Assembly: GCA_048976585.1 (NCBI GenBank)
Contig: JBHGUY010000009.1
Coordinates: 148 to 64,147 of the forward strand
Source: Sporolactobacillus sp.
Lineage (GTDB): Bacteria; Bacillota; Bacilli; Bacillales; Sporolactobacillaceae
DNA: 64,000 nucleotides
Direction of reading: 5' to 3'
Both the position numbers and the translations under genes were made by a program. The notes beneath the pieces are model-generated. The model made no database searches. It was given only the letters and a program-made list of their open reading frames with translations, and was not told the DNA's origin. Shown in pieces: positions 20,018-31,100 of the stretch; position 1 is the stretch's first letter, and each line of letters starts with the position of its first letter.

Positions 20018-20774
20018 TCTGACGGATTTATTAGAAAACGTGCAAAAAGGCACTTTGTCAATTACGGATGCAGTCAGTCGTTTAAAAACTCTGCCCTTCG
20101 AAGATCTGGGCTATGCCAAAGTCGATCATCATCGATCGCTTCGCAATGGTTTCCCGGAAGTCATCTATTGCGAAGGCAAGACGACTGATCAGATCAAAGG
20201 CATTTTTCAGGTGTTGATGCGCCATGAGAACAATATTCTGGCAACGCGTGCTTCCTCTGAAGATTTTGCCGCTGTCCGGCAAATCGCGCCAAACGCGGTC
20301 TATCACGAGCAAGCTCGTTGCATCGTTGTCAATCCTGTCCAAAAGGCTACGGATCCCAGCCACTATATTGCGGTTGTGACCGCGGGAACCTCCGACATCC
20401 CTGTTGCAGAAGAGGCGGCGATTACCGCTGAAACATTCGGTAATTCTGTTGAACGGATATATGATGTCGGTGTCGCAGGGCTCCATCGATTGCTGGCCCA
20501 ACTCGATCGACTCCGAAAAGCGGATGTCGTTATCGTTGTTGCCGGTATGGAAGGCGCACTCGCCAGTGTCGTCGGCGGCCTAGTGGAACATCCGGTTCTT
20601 GCTGTACCGACAAGTGTCGGTTATGGTGCCAACCTGCATGGAATTGCCGCATTATTGACCATGCTAAACAGCTGTGCGAGCGGGATCAGCGTGGTCAATA
20701 TTGATAATGGTTTTGGCGCTGCTTACTCCGCCAGTCTCATAATAAAAGAAATCATGAATGGGTGTCAAGAATGA
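20004..20774 (+). CDS. larB: NaAD carboxylase/hydrolase LarB
   Basis: [37 protein letters not shown]. Confidence 0.93.
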   Translation: MFQDNLTDLLENVQKGTLSITDAVSRLKTLPFEDLGYAKVDHHRSLRNGFPEVIYCEGKTTDQIKGIFQVLMRHENNILATRASSEDFAAVRQIAPNAVYHEQARCIVVNPVQKATDPSHYIAVVTAGTSDIPVAEEAAITAETFGNSVERIYDVGVAGLHRLLAQLDRLRKADVVIVVAGMEGALASVVGGLVEHPVLAVPTSVGYGANLHGIAALLTMLNSCASGISVVNIDNGFGAAYSASLIIKEIMNGCQE

Positions 20775-22012
20775 AGCTACTCTATTTCGATTGTTTTTCA
20801 GGAATCAGCGGCGATATGATACTCGGTACGCTGATTGATCTCGGTCTCGATCCTACCTATCTGACTGATGAACTTAAAAAATTGCATCTCGACGGTTATT
20901 CGATTGTTTATTCACAAAAAGTTACCGGAGGCATTGTCGGCAGTGATGTTGACGTCCGGCTTGAACATCCTGAATTCACTGACGGGCATCATTCAGCGCA
21001 CCATCACCATCGCAATTTGAAAGATTGTCAGTCGATCATCAATAAGAGTTCTCTTTCCGAATGGGTGAAGAAGCAGGCCAATCAGGTATTCGCAGAAGTG
21101 GCACACGCCGAAGCCCATGTTCACGGCAAACCAGTTGAAGAAGTTCATTTTCATGAGGTCGGTGCTGTCGACAGCATTATTGATATTGTTGGTGCATTCA
21201 TTGGCCTCGAGAAATTAGGCATCGAAAAGATCTATGCCTCTACGCTCCACGACGGACACGGCTTTATTAACTGTGCACACGGACGAATGCCCGTTCCTGT
21301 TCCAGCGGTTGCTCAGATGCTCGCTTCCAGTTCCAGAAATATTCCGTATGAACAAGGCGATATTTCGACTGAATTGATCACACCAACAGGAATGGCGATC
21401 ATTAAGACCATTGCCGCAGGTTTCGGCCTTCAGCCCTCGATGCATCTCCTTAAGATCGGCTATGGAACCGGAAAACGAGATACCGGGGGCATGAATGCGC
21501 TTCGGGGAATACTTGGCGAGCAAGTAGAAGTAACTGAAAATGATGAAGTCGCGCTGCTTGAAGCAAATATCGATAATCAGACCGGTGAAGTGCTGGGTTA
21601 CGTGATGAATCGGCTTCTGGGCGCCGGGGCACTCGATGTCTTCTACACACCGATTTATATGAAAAAAAATCGACCGGCGATCAAGCTCTCTGTGCTCGCA
21701 GCACCGACTGATGAAGAAAAAATGACCGCGCTAATCTTGGCCGAGACGACGACACTCGGTGTACGCGTCAGCCGTTGTCCGCGTTTTATCATGAATAGAG
21801 AAATAGTGAAGGTTCAAACCGAATACGGCGTGATCCACGTGAAGCATGCTTCCCGGAATGAAATCGATAAATGGTCACCGGAATTTGATGATTGCGCTTT
21901 TCTCGCTCAAGAATATCAGCTGCCGCTGGCAAAAATTTATGAAGAAGCTGAGCACAGTATTCATCTCTTTAAAATGGAAAGAGAGATGCAGGAAAATCAG
22001 GCAAAGCGTTAA
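20771..22012 (+). CDS. larC: Nickel insertion protein LarC (single uninterrupted ORF)
   Basis: [10 protein letters not shown], His-rich [33 protein letters not shown]. Confidence 0.93.
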   Translation: MKLLYFDCFSGISGDMILGTLIDLGLDPTYLTDELKKLHLDGYSIVYSQKVTGGIVGSDVDVRLEHPEFTDGHHSAHHHHRNLKDCQSIINKSSLSEWVKKQANQVFAEVAHAEAHVHGKPVEEVHFHEVGAVDSIIDIVGAFIGLEKLGIEKIYASTLHDGHGFINCAHGRMPVPVPAVAQMLASSSRNIPYEQGDISTELITPTGMAIIKTIAAGFGLQPSMHLLKIGYGTGKRDTGGMNALRGILGEQVEVTENDEVALLEANIDNQTGEVLGYVMNRLLGAGALDVFYTPIYMKKNRPAIKLSVLAAPTDEEKMTALILAETTTLGVRVSRCPRFIMNREIVKVQTEYGVIHVKHASRNEIDKWSPEFDDCAFLAQEYQLPLAKIYEEAEHSIHLFKMEREMQENQAKR

Positions 22013-22147
22013 TCAGCGATCCGTCTGACAGCGGCCTGCTGCACGCGCTAAAAAGATTCCTGTCTCCGCTTTTCAGGAAACCTTACCAGCAGAAATACGG
22101 ATTCATTCAATAATCAAAATATACTATTCAATGTGAGGGATTTACTT

Positions 22148-22876
22148 ATGGTTTACAGTCTTGGCGTGCAAGGGCTCAGTGAATTATTGGGTACAGCGAT
22201 TATGATTCTTTTTGGCAATGGAGCCGTTGCCAATGTTGAGCTTAAAGGAACAAAAGGTTACCACAACGGCTGGATGATCATCGCCGTAGGCTACGGATTC
22301 GGAGTCATGATTCCGGTAATGATGTTCGGGCCGATAAGCGGTGCCCAAATAAATCCGGCGATAACTCTGGGGATGGCTGCCAATGGCTTATTCCCCTGGT
22401 CTCATGTATTGATTTTTATAATTGCTCAGATGATTGGTGCCATGCTTGGACAGTTCATTCTGATCCTTGCTTATAAACCGTTCTATAATCAAACGGATAA
22501 TACCCAAGCTATTCTTGGTACCTGCTCGACAATCTCCGCATCCGGAAGCTACTTGAACGGCTTCATTAATGAATTCTTAGGAACCTTTATTCTTGTATTC
22601 GGAGCCATGCTGATCCTGCATTCACAGGCCCTGCTGCATGAGGCGGGCGCTGCGCAAATGGGCATTGGTTTTCTTGTCTGGGCACTCGTTGCCTCCCTTG
22701 GCGGCCCGACTGGACCCGGACTCAATCCGGCCCGTGATTTAGGTCCGCGAATCGTTCATGCCCTGTTCCCGCTCCCACAAAAAGGAGACTCTCAGTGGTC
22801 TTATGCCTGGATTCCGGTTGTCGCACCAATCGTTGCTGCTGTCCTTGCTGTCTGCCTTTTCAAAACGGTTTATTAA
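22148..22876 (+). CDS. larD: MIP/aquaglyceroporin lactic acid channel
   Basis: Two NPA motifs (INPA, LNPARD); last gene of the lar cluster. Confidence 0.85.
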   Translation: MVYSLGVQGLSELLGTAIMILFGNGAVANVELKGTKGYHNGWMIIAVGYGFGVMIPVMMFGPISGAQINPAITLGMAANGLFPWSHVLIFIIAQMIGAMLGQFILILAYKPFYNQTDNTQAILGTCSTISASGSYLNGFINEFLGTFILVFGAMLILHSQALLHEAGAAQMGIGFLVWALVASLGGPTGPGLNPARDLGPRIVHALFPLPQKGDSQWSYAWIPVVAPIVAAVLAVCLFKTVY

Positions 22877-22914
22877 TTTTTTAAGCTACACATCGTAAAA
22901 AATATAAAATCACC

Positions 22915-22958
22915 AATCCCGCAAACTCAAGAATTAGCTGAGAACGGGATTTTTGTTT
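22915..22958 (+). terminator. Terminator after larD
   Basis: AATCCCG...CGGGATT stem followed by TTTGTTT. Confidence 0.6.
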
Positions 22959-23055
22959 ATTATAATTTAATTGGCGCATTCAAGTCTCTGCCGTTGTAGT
23001 CCCTTCATTCACTCATTTATCAGTCTGCCCCCTCCTGGTTCTTGCTCAATATCAA

Positions 23056-23772
23056 TTAGGTCGCATCCTTGATAAAAGATTCCACAAATTCCAATTGACT
23101 TTTTTTACTGGTCTCAATCCAATTCTCTTTCGCACTACTGATCACTATTTTGCCTTTATACAAAATGTGAACGACACAGTCGCTGAAATGTTCGATATCT
23201 TTTATCTGGTGGGTTGCATATAAAACGGTCTTGTTTTTGTTCTTTAAACGGTCGATCTCCTTAACGATCTGACTTGTTGAGAACGGATCTAAACCTGCGG
23301 TCGGCTCATCAAAGATATAAAGCTCTTTGTTTATCAGGCAGAATAAGAGTACAGAAAACCAGCGGCGTTCTCCTGGTGACATTTTCCCATATTGGGTTTC
23401 CCATAAGTAATCAATTTTATCGACAAATGCATCACCTCGCTGAAAAGAATCGCAAATCGCTTTTTTCGTAATTTCCCGGATTTTAAATTGCCCACTCGAT
23501 CCTAGTATTAACTGAGCATAATCTTTCCCACGAATGGTACTCAAAATCGGAACACCTTGAATGTGGTAAAGAATATTTTGCGGTTGAAATCTATCCTGGA
23601 AAATGCCATCTGTTTTAATTATTCCGGCAATGATATCAAAAAGTGTTGTCTTTCCCTCCCCATTCATCCCGAGAAGAATATTAAGCTTATGCGGGAGAAT
23701 AGCAAACGACAAATCATCAAAAATAATTTTTGAGCTTTTCGGATAGCTGAATGTTAAATTTTTTATAAGCAC
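23056..23772 (-). CDS. ABC exporter ATP-binding protein
   Basis: Walker A GMNGEGKT, degenerate signature MSPGERR, Walker B IFDEPTAGLD. Confidence 0.88.
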   Translation of the reverse strand: MLIKNLTFSYPKSSKIIFDDLSFAILPHKLNILLGMNGEGKTTLFDIIAGIIKTDGIFQDRFQPQNILYHIQGVPILSTIRGKDYAQLILGSSGQFKIREITKKAICDSFQRGDAFVDKIDYLWETQYGKMSPGERRWFSVLLFCLINKELYIFDEPTAGLDPFSTSQIVKEIDRLKNKNKTVLYATHQIKDIEHFSDCVVHILYKGKIVISSAKENWIETSKKSQLEFVESFIKDAT

Positions 23773-23783
23773 GACTGATTACC

Positions 23784-24530
23784 TCAACTTCTAAAAATCG
23801 GATTCATTCTAATTTTAGATAGAGAAAGCAAGCCAATGACTAAATAAATCATTGATACAACGATAAAAACAACAAGTGTCGATAAATGCAGGACATGATA
23901 ATTGAGCAAAAAGCCGCCTAAAGTATCTGCGTATTGGACGGGATTGATCAGCACCCATGAGAGGGATACGAATCGATTACTGGGCTGATAGTTTACACTC
24001 GTCAAATAGATAAAAAGAAGAAGGAGAATATTGACGAAGGGCAGCACCGTTTCCTGCCTTACCGGAAAAATCGTAAAGATTAGAAATAAAAAGAAAATGG
24101 GAACACTGCAAAAAATTAATAAGAGCACAGAAATGCCAAATAGTTTAAAAAATGGGAGAAAAAAGAGAAGACCGCAAAGCAGATCTAAAATTAGTACAGA
24201 TACAAGCATCACTAGAAATTGAGCAACAAATTTAGCAAAAATGACTGTGTACGAATCCCCTGTAATAAAATGAAACATTTTCATAAACTGATCTTCTCGT
24301 AGGATGATCAAGGCAGGACCACTGCCTAATAAAGCATTGACAACAATCATATAGGCCGTCCAAGAGATAATCAGGCTCATTGAGTGATAAACTGAGGAAT
24401 TGTGAAACAGCTCATTTCTCAAATTGTAGATTAAATAAAAAACAGGGACGCCTAACGAAGCGATGAAATTGATTTTATAATAAAGCATCGTTTGTAAGAA
24501 ATGCTTGACTAATGGTAGAGATTTGACCAT
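23784..24530 (-). CDS. ABC-2-type permease (6 TM), peptide/bacteriocin exporter-like
   Basis: About six hydrophobic helices; directly upstream of the ATPase. Confidence 0.75.
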   Translation of the reverse strand: MVKSLPLVKHFLQTMLYYKINFIASLGVPVFYLIYNLRNELFHNSSVYHSMSLIISWTAYMIVVNALLGSGPALIILREDQFMKMFHFITGDSYTVIFAKFVAQFLVMLVSVLILDLLCGLLFFLPFFKLFGISVLLLIFCSVPIFFLFLIFTIFPVRQETVLPFVNILLLLFIYLTSVNYQPSNRFVSLSWVLINPVQYADTLGGFLLNYHVLHLSTLVVFIVVSMIYLVIGLLSLSKIRMNPIFRS

Positions 24531-24665
24531 TTTTCAGTCCCCCATACTCTGAAACAGGAAGTATATATTCCGAATTCAACAATTCTAATTGCCCGGAGAA
24601 TCGAGCCATCATCGCAAAATATAGCATTATTCCGGGGTATTTTCGCTCTTAAGTTACAGAATACT

Positions 24666-24691
24666 CTAAAAGAAAAGGATTTGCATCCCTT
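24666..24691 (-). terminator. Terminator closing the T7SS core transcript
   Basis: Minus strand AAGGGAT-GCAA-ATCCTTT followed by TCTTTT. Confidence 0.65.
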
Positions 24692-24849
24692 ACTCATCTG
24701 CGAAGAATGCTGCCAGGCCCAGATCCGTATCATTTATTTCCTCGGCAATAAATGACAAATTTTGAGTAGCTCCTTTTTTTGTAGCGAACGTCTTTCTCCT
24801 AAACTTAAAAATAGAGAGTACTTTACTGAAGCAAGCACCCTCCTTTTGA

Positions 24850-25167
24850 TCAGTGAAATAAACCCATCTTGTTCGTTTCACGCGTCACATTCACTTTGTC
24901 TCTTTTACCCGGTGTCAGAAAAAGCGTCTTTCTGAATTTTTCATCCGTGTGCGGTTCCTTGAATGTCAAGCGCTGGACCTGAACCGGAATCTTATGATAA
25001 GTGCTGACATTCGTATTGATTTCATTCGGATCAATCGTCGTTTTCTGTTTTTGAAAATGATTGGGCTGGACCTTCGTCGCACTATCTCCATCGAATCCGG
25101 CGACTACCGTGTATGAAAACAGCATGACCCCAGTCAGGATGCAGGACTTAAAGATTTTCCGTCTCAT
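24850..25167 (-). CDS. essA: T7SSb component EssA/YueC, short form lacking the C-terminal TM helix
   Basis: Position after esaA; signal-like N-terminus; KVQPN and LTF..P...FRKTLF...KMGLF resemble YueC; only 105 aa. Confidence 0.65.
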   Translation of the reverse strand: MRRKIFKSCILTGVMLFSYTVVAGFDGDSATKVQPNHFQKQKTTIDPNEINTNVSTYHKIPVQVQRLTFKEPHTDEKFRKTLFLTPGKRDKVNVTRETNKMGLFH

Positions 25168-28102
25168 CTTCCTTTCCCTCCCTGAAATAGTGAATGCCTT
25201 CCCGGATGCCAATGACCAAGAGAACTGGAATCAGCATCAAGACAAGGCCAAACATGCCCCTAATAAATGGAAGATAATCGGTTCCATTGGCGATTGCCAG
25301 ATAAACATCGGCTGCCGGATTCTGGTAGGCAAAACGATCGAGACTGTTTCTCAGCAGCGGCAGCGTGAAGAATACAACCATCGCCACGAGTACGAGAACG
25401 CCGGCCAGTTCGGATAATCGATAAGCTTCATGAATCCAGGCAGCAAGGACAACCACCAAACCGATAGTAAAGACACTCCACATTAAGACGTCGTTACCTT
25501 CCAGATTGTATTGCTGCACGCCATAGTAAATAATCGCTGCTGAACTGATAAACGCCAGTAACCCGGAAATCAACCCATTAATGGTCCAATTCAAGCGGCG
25601 ATAATAGAAGCTGAAATACCCAGTCAGGATGCCGGCAATTAGCACAACCAGTAAGGTCAGGAAAGGCTGCTGAACCGGTACTGGCTCGGTTGCGGCCGTA
25701 GCTGCGTTCTGCGTATTATTGGATGCTGCTTTTACCGGATTCCCATTCTGCAGTCCCGCCAAACCAACCGGGCTGGTCAACTGCTGATAGACATTTTGAT
25801 TACGATTGCCCGGTACGCCCGTATTACCCAATGTTTGAGCGATGGTATTACCCAGTTGCGCGGTGGCATTCACATTCTGCCCCCATGATCCGCTGAGCTG
25901 GTTGGCATCCCCCTGCACACCATTGACCATTGAGTGAACATCCTGCGAATCTTTTAGAATAGCTGATTCATTATCGGAAACATTCTGCAACCCGGCATCA
26001 AGATCACTGAGTTCGGCAAAATCACTGTCGTTCACTGTCACAGTAATCCCATTATCCGTATCCGTGTCATCAACCGTGATATCCGGCTCCGTTAAATCAA
26101 TCGGCTTAACGATCGAAGCCGTCTGCTGCTGGATCGAGGACATATTACTTGCCAGATCATTCTCGATTTTTTGCAAATCAGATTGTTGATTACTCATTTT
26201 GTCTGAATATGTTTGTATATCCTCATTATACTTTTGTTGAATATCATCTGTAGCAGCTTTAATTTTTGGGTTTATATCCTTTGGATCATGATCATTAAGA
26301 TAGTTTGATATTCCATCTATATTCGTTGACAAACTTGGAAATAATTCATTCGCTTTAGTTACCATACCATCTAAATTAGTACTTGCGTTTGTAAAATTGC
26401 TATCATCAACAGTCCTATTTGAATCATATTTACTAGAGCCTGACTCAGTTTCATATAGGTTAATCGAATCACTGTCGTTTGACAATATAGTTTTTACACT
26501 TAATAAAGCATTATAAAATGTATCTATTGAATCTTGAGTATATTTATTTGTATCAGGATTCTGTAGAAATTTTGTTGTATCAAAACCATCTGTTTGAAAT
26601 ATTGAAAAGTTTGAAATCTGAGAGATCTCATTCTGTAGCTGAAAAATATCTTGTAAAGTATAATGAGTGGTTCCTGTAGAAGTGTCGTTTTTATTTTCGC
26701 TATCTGTATTGTTAACAGCTTGATTTTGATCAGGCGATTCCCCTGTTCCTGTTCCTGTTCCTGTTCCTGTTCCTGAATTATCTTGCTCTAAAACTGGCTT
26801 CGCAATGCTTAATAAACTGTTTAATAAAGAAATATTATCATTGAGATGCGTTCCAATTGCTCGGAAAAATTTTTGAGCATCACTGAATACCGCATCATCA
26901 TTTGCTTGCTGCTTATCAATATTGCCCTGTATTGTTAGAACTTGGTTGTTTAAAGAAGTATCCGATTCTGAATCTGGTTTTAAATAATCTTGCAAATTCT
27001 TTGATATTAAATCGAAATTGGTTTTACTAGTATTAAATTGAACATTGTTGTCAGCGCCGTAATAATTAGCCAATCCATTTAATTCATCACTTGCTGATAG
27101 TTTATCGACTGCCACATTCGTATTCATCGGTTTCTGCATTGCATTTTGATATGCAGTGACCAAGCTGTTCATATTCTGTCCGGCTGCGGTGGAGGCGTCT
27201 TGTGCTTTTTGAGTAGCGTCATCGACCATCTGTTTATTGGTGTCGTCTGTTTTTTGCAGCGTTTGAATTTGCTGCTTCAGCTGATCGTTCAGTTGCTTTA
27301 ACTGATCATTCAGCTTATTCATAGACTCTGTCTGCTGATCAATCTGTTTTTTGGTCTCAGTCAATGATTGCTGCTTGCTGTCTGCACTTTTTGCAGCCTG
27401 ATTCGTCTCATCGAGCAGTTCATTAATTTGCGAGAGCTGCGAATTGAAGACCTGCGCCATATTCTGAGACGACGGCTTGTAGAAATTGGCCATGGCCTGC
27501 AGATACTGCTTGTCCTTCTTCAGCACATCGGCAAAATTTTGATTCACATAATTAATTTTATCGGAAACCACTCGCCAATAGATTTTCGAGAATTGCTGAT
27601 TAAGCGTGCCTTTTACCTTCTGGAACTCCGACTGCACCTTCGCCGAATCGACGGCGGTCAATTTCGGATTGGCTTGATAGGTGATCACTGCCGATTTCGG
27701 TTTGGACTGATTGAAACTGAAGATATTCGCGGTGAAATTCGACGGGATATAAAATGCGGCCTGATAATCCCCACTTTTCAGCCCGCTTTCAGCAACACTG
27801 CGGCTGACTGATTCCCAATCGTAATCATCCCCGGTAGAGAAAAGCGGCGCGACCTGATTGCCGAGATCCAATTTCTGACCGTCGACATTGGCCCCCTGAT
27901 CCTCATTAACCAGTGCCAAATGACCGGTTTTCGGAGTCTGGGGTGTGACCGTTTTGGCCGTGTTGCTTTTTGCCGTCTGCGGCTGCTCGGCTGGCGGTGT
28001 CAGGTAACGAGGCAGGGCACCGGATATGCAGACAATTATTATAAAGACGATAATCAATGTCCCCCACTTTTTTAGGCGACTGCTTGCCGGCTCATGCATC
28101 AT
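25148..28102 (-). CDS. esaA: T7SSb component EsaA/YueB
   Basis: N-terminal TM, LALVNEDQGA, long coiled-coil ectodomain and C-terminal multi-TM block. Confidence 0.9.
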   Translation of the reverse strand: MMHEPASSRLKKWGTLIIVFIIIVCISGALPRYLTPPAEQPQTAKSNTAKTVTPQTPKTGHLALVNEDQGANVDGQKLDLGNQVAPLFSTGDDYDWESVSRSVAESGLKSGDYQAAFYIPSNFTANIFSFNQSKPKSAVITYQANPKLTAVDSAKVQSEFQKVKGTLNQQFSKIYWRVVSDKINYVNQNFADVLKKDKQYLQAMANFYKPSSQNMAQVFNSQLSQINELLDETNQAAKSADSKQQSLTETKKQIDQQTESMNKLNDQLKQLNDQLKQQIQTLQKTDDTNKQMVDDATQKAQDASTAAGQNMNSLVTAYQNAMQKPMNTNVAVDKLSASDELNGLANYYGADNNVQFNTSKTNFDLISKNLQDYLKPDSESDTSLNNQVLTIQGNIDKQQANDDAVFSDAQKFFRAIGTHLNDNISLLNSLLSIAKPVLEQDNSGTGTGTGTGTGESPDQNQAVNNTDSENKNDTSTGTTHYTLQDIFQLQNEISQISNFSIFQTDGFDTTKFLQNPDTNKYTQDSIDTFYNALLSVKTILSNDSDSINLYETESGSSKYDSNRTVDDSNFTNASTNLDGMVTKANELFPSLSTNIDGISNYLNDHDPKDINPKIKAATDDIQQKYNEDIQTYSDKMSNQQSDLQKIENDLASNMSSIQQQTASIVKPIDLTEPDITVDDTDTDNGITVTVNDSDFAELSDLDAGLQNVSDNESAILKDSQDVHSMVNGVQGDANQLSGSWGQNVNATAQLGNTIAQTLGNTGVPGNRNQNVYQQLTSPVGLAGLQNGNPVKAASNNTQNAATAATEPVPVQQPFLTLLVVLIAGILTGYFSFYYRRLNWTINGLISGLLAFISSAAIIYYGVQQYNLEGNDVLMWSVFTIGLVVVLAAWIHEAYRLSELAGVLVLVAMVVFFTLPLLRNSLDRFAYQNPAADVYLAIANGTDYLPFIRGMFGLVLMLIPVLLVIGIREGIHYFREGKEDETENL
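26742..26775 (+). repeat. (CCTGTT)x5.7 tandem hexamer encoding a Gly-Thr linker in EsaA
   Basis: Read directly; protein SGTGTGTGTGTGE. Confidence 0.9.
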
Positions 28103-28144
28103 GAAAGACTCCCTTTCTATTGTTCAAAGCTCATATGATTAAGA

Positions 28145-31100
28145 TTAGCCGGTTTTGATTAATACTCGTTTTGCACGCGGGATCATCAGTCGGCGGTCTT
28201 GGCCTTGATGCAGCAAATAGCCAAACCCAATCGCCAGTTCACGCTCTTTGCTGACAAAAGGAAGGGTAAAGACCGATTGATCCGTTTTCTTAATCAGCAG
28301 CAAGCCATCCTTCACGGTTTTCAATTCTGTGATTAACGGATCGTAGCCTTTCCATTCCAGCGCATTGCCCGCCGCAATCACATGGAAACCGATCGATGAA
28401 TAGCGCTTCATCAGCTGAATAATCCGGTTTTGCATCGTGCCTGCCTTGCGGATAAAAGCATCCAGACTGTCAATTAAAAGATAGTAGGCAGGATAGGCGG
28501 CGGCAAGCTCCGCGCGCGGCAGATCGTCATCGAGCATTTTCTCCTTAATCTCACGTTCGCGGGCCGAGAAGACGGCCTCGATCTGATCGGCATAGAGCTC
28601 AATGGCCGTTCCGTCATCCAGATAGGTCCAATTGTTCTTTTCTGCATCTTTGGCAAAGACCAGTTCCTCGGAATCGCTGATAGCGAGTGACGCATGATTA
28701 AATCGCTGAAGCTGATCAATGATAAAACGAACCGCATTGGTTTTCCCTTTTTTCGGATCACCGATGATAATGAATGAACCAAGCTGACGGCATTCGATCC
28801 CAATCGGTTCGACCGATTCCTCATCAAGGCCAAGATAGAGCGTATCCGCGAGCAGTGCCTCATTTTCAAGGAATTCAGCCGCATCGAGCTGCTCAGGCAG
28901 CATCGGAATATGATAAAGAGTTGACGAGACCGGATGGTCCGCATTGCAGGCATCCACCGCCTCGAGCCACTTGGTCAATTGCTCGCCGGCTGTTTTCGCC
29001 TCAAATGGCAGGTAGATCTGAATGCTCTCCAGATCTTCCGTTTTGATTAATGCCCGCCCAGGGATTGCCTCGACCGTTTTCTTCACCGAACCGCTGAAAA
29101 TCGAATAGAATTCGGTTTGATCGACCATATAGTGGGACAACCGGATTGGCAGACTGGTCAGCAGATTCGGTCGAATCCCGTTGGCCCGGGACACGGTAAG
29201 AATAAATTGCAGACCGAGGCTTCCGCCTTCACGTGCCCAGCGCACGAAGGCTTCTTCCAGGGCATCAGCCTGTTCCTCGCGCAAAGCCTCAAAATTGTCG
29301 ACGGCGATTTTTAGATAGGGCAGCTTTTCACTTTCCTGCTCATTATAGAGCTCGATATTTGGTACACCGCTGCGACGGAATAGGTCCTTGCGTCGCTGAA
29401 TTTCCAGATTCAACCATTTGGAAAATTTGCTAATCTTCTCCTTTTCATCAATTCGAAAATAGTCACCCGTGTGATGCAGACGGCGCAGGGATAATAAACC
29501 TCCGCTACCGAAATCAAAGAGATAGAACTGAACCTCATCCGCCGAATAGCTTGCGGCAGCTTCCAGCAAATAAGACGAGAGAGTTGTTGTTTTTCCAAAA
29601 CCGGAAGCACCGAAAATAGCGATATTTTTTGATTTTTTCAATGAGAGATACACCGGCGTCTGCATCTGCTTTTCCGGATGATCGGCGAGGCCAAGCAGGA
29701 AGGCATCCTTTTCCCTCTCTTTTGCCACCGGCCGAACCTGATGAATCGGCAGCGGTGCCACCCATGGACTCGGCAGGCGTTCCACTCCGTTTCGCTGGCA
29801 AATGTCGGCGATGGTCTGAACAATTTGCTCCAATTCGCTGATCTTTTTCGCCTGCACCTTTTTTTTCGCGTGAGCCTCGGAAATCGGATAAAGGCCGGTA
29901 TCTTCAACAGCGTAGACATCGTCCTCGGACGTATAAATCGTTTTTTCGTATGGGGCACCGCTCCAGGCGGATTGAAAGAGTTCATAAATTTCGTTATTAC
30001 CGACCTGCAGATAGCCGCGGCCGACCTGCTTCAGGCTGGCTGCATCGCCATTGCCGAGAATATCATTACTGTCGGCACTGTCCTGAACCCGCAGCGCAAT
30101 TTTAAAACGCGAATTACTACGGATCTGATCGTCGACTACCCCCGCCGGCTTCTGTGTCGCCAGAATCAGATGAATGCCGAGGCTGCGTCCAATCCGTGCG
30201 GTTGTGACCAGCTCGCGGATAAAGTCCGGTTCCTCTTTCTTCAGTTCCGCAAATTCGTCCGAAATGATAAATAAATGCGGCATCGGTTCACTGACTTTGC
30301 CCTGACGATGGAGCAGCTGATAGTCATCAATATGGTTAATACCGTATTTTGAAAAAAGCAGCTGGCGTCTGCGCGACTCACTCTTAACAGCAGCCAATGC
30401 CCGATCGCTGAAATTTTTCTCATCATTAATATTAGTCATCGTGCCGAGCAGGTGCGGCAGCTTCTCAAAGAGCTGAGCCATGCCGCCGCCTTTAAAATCA
30501 ATCAACAAAAAGGCTACATCATGCGGATGAAAATTAACGGCGAGTGACAGGATGTAGGATTGGAGCAGCTCGCTTTTCCCGGAACCAGTTGTCCCGGCAA
30601 GCAGCCCATGCGGACCATGCGCTTTTTCATGCAGGTTAAGCTCGAGTACATCATTGCGGCTGCGCAGACCAATCGGCACAGCCAGTGACTGAATCGGATC
30701 ATGCTCACTCCAGCGCCGTTCGATATCCAGTTCATCCGCATCTTCGGCATGCATCATTTCCATAAAAGTGACATTTTCCGGAATCGAATTACTGAAGCTG
30801 CTCCGATGCTTCAGCGAAGCCAGCCGCCGGGCAAACCACTCATTCCCGGCATTCACGAAGGGATCGATCTGAAAACGCTGGCCATTTGCGACCTGCTTCA
30901 GAATCAGAACATCACCCGCATTCGCGTTCACATAACGGACGACTGTCTGTACATTTTCATTCAAATTATCTTTTGTATTCGCCAGAAAAATCGAACTGAC
31001 ACCGATTTCGGTATAATCTTTATTCAGAAATTCAGCAATTTCATGTTCATGGATCAATTGGTCGGAAGCGACAATAAATAACAAATGGGGAAGAAAGAGC

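Noticed and set aside
23005-23036. Strong AGGAGGGG after the ABC ATPase with a Met-Ser-Glu-stop ORF
   Set aside because: The spacing is about 14 nt and the ORF is 3 codons, so there is no support for a gene.
24509-24733. 74-aa ORF between essA and the permease
   Set aside because: It runs through a terminator and the permease promoter and has no recognisable features.
24690-24881. 63-aa ORF as a frameshifted essA tail
   Set aside because: It has no hydrophobic helix and no YueC-like linker; only its last 22 codons have an SD.
26742-26775. Tandem repeat as a CRISPR or ON/OFF phase switch
   Set aside because: There are no spacers, and a 6-nt unit preserves the frame.
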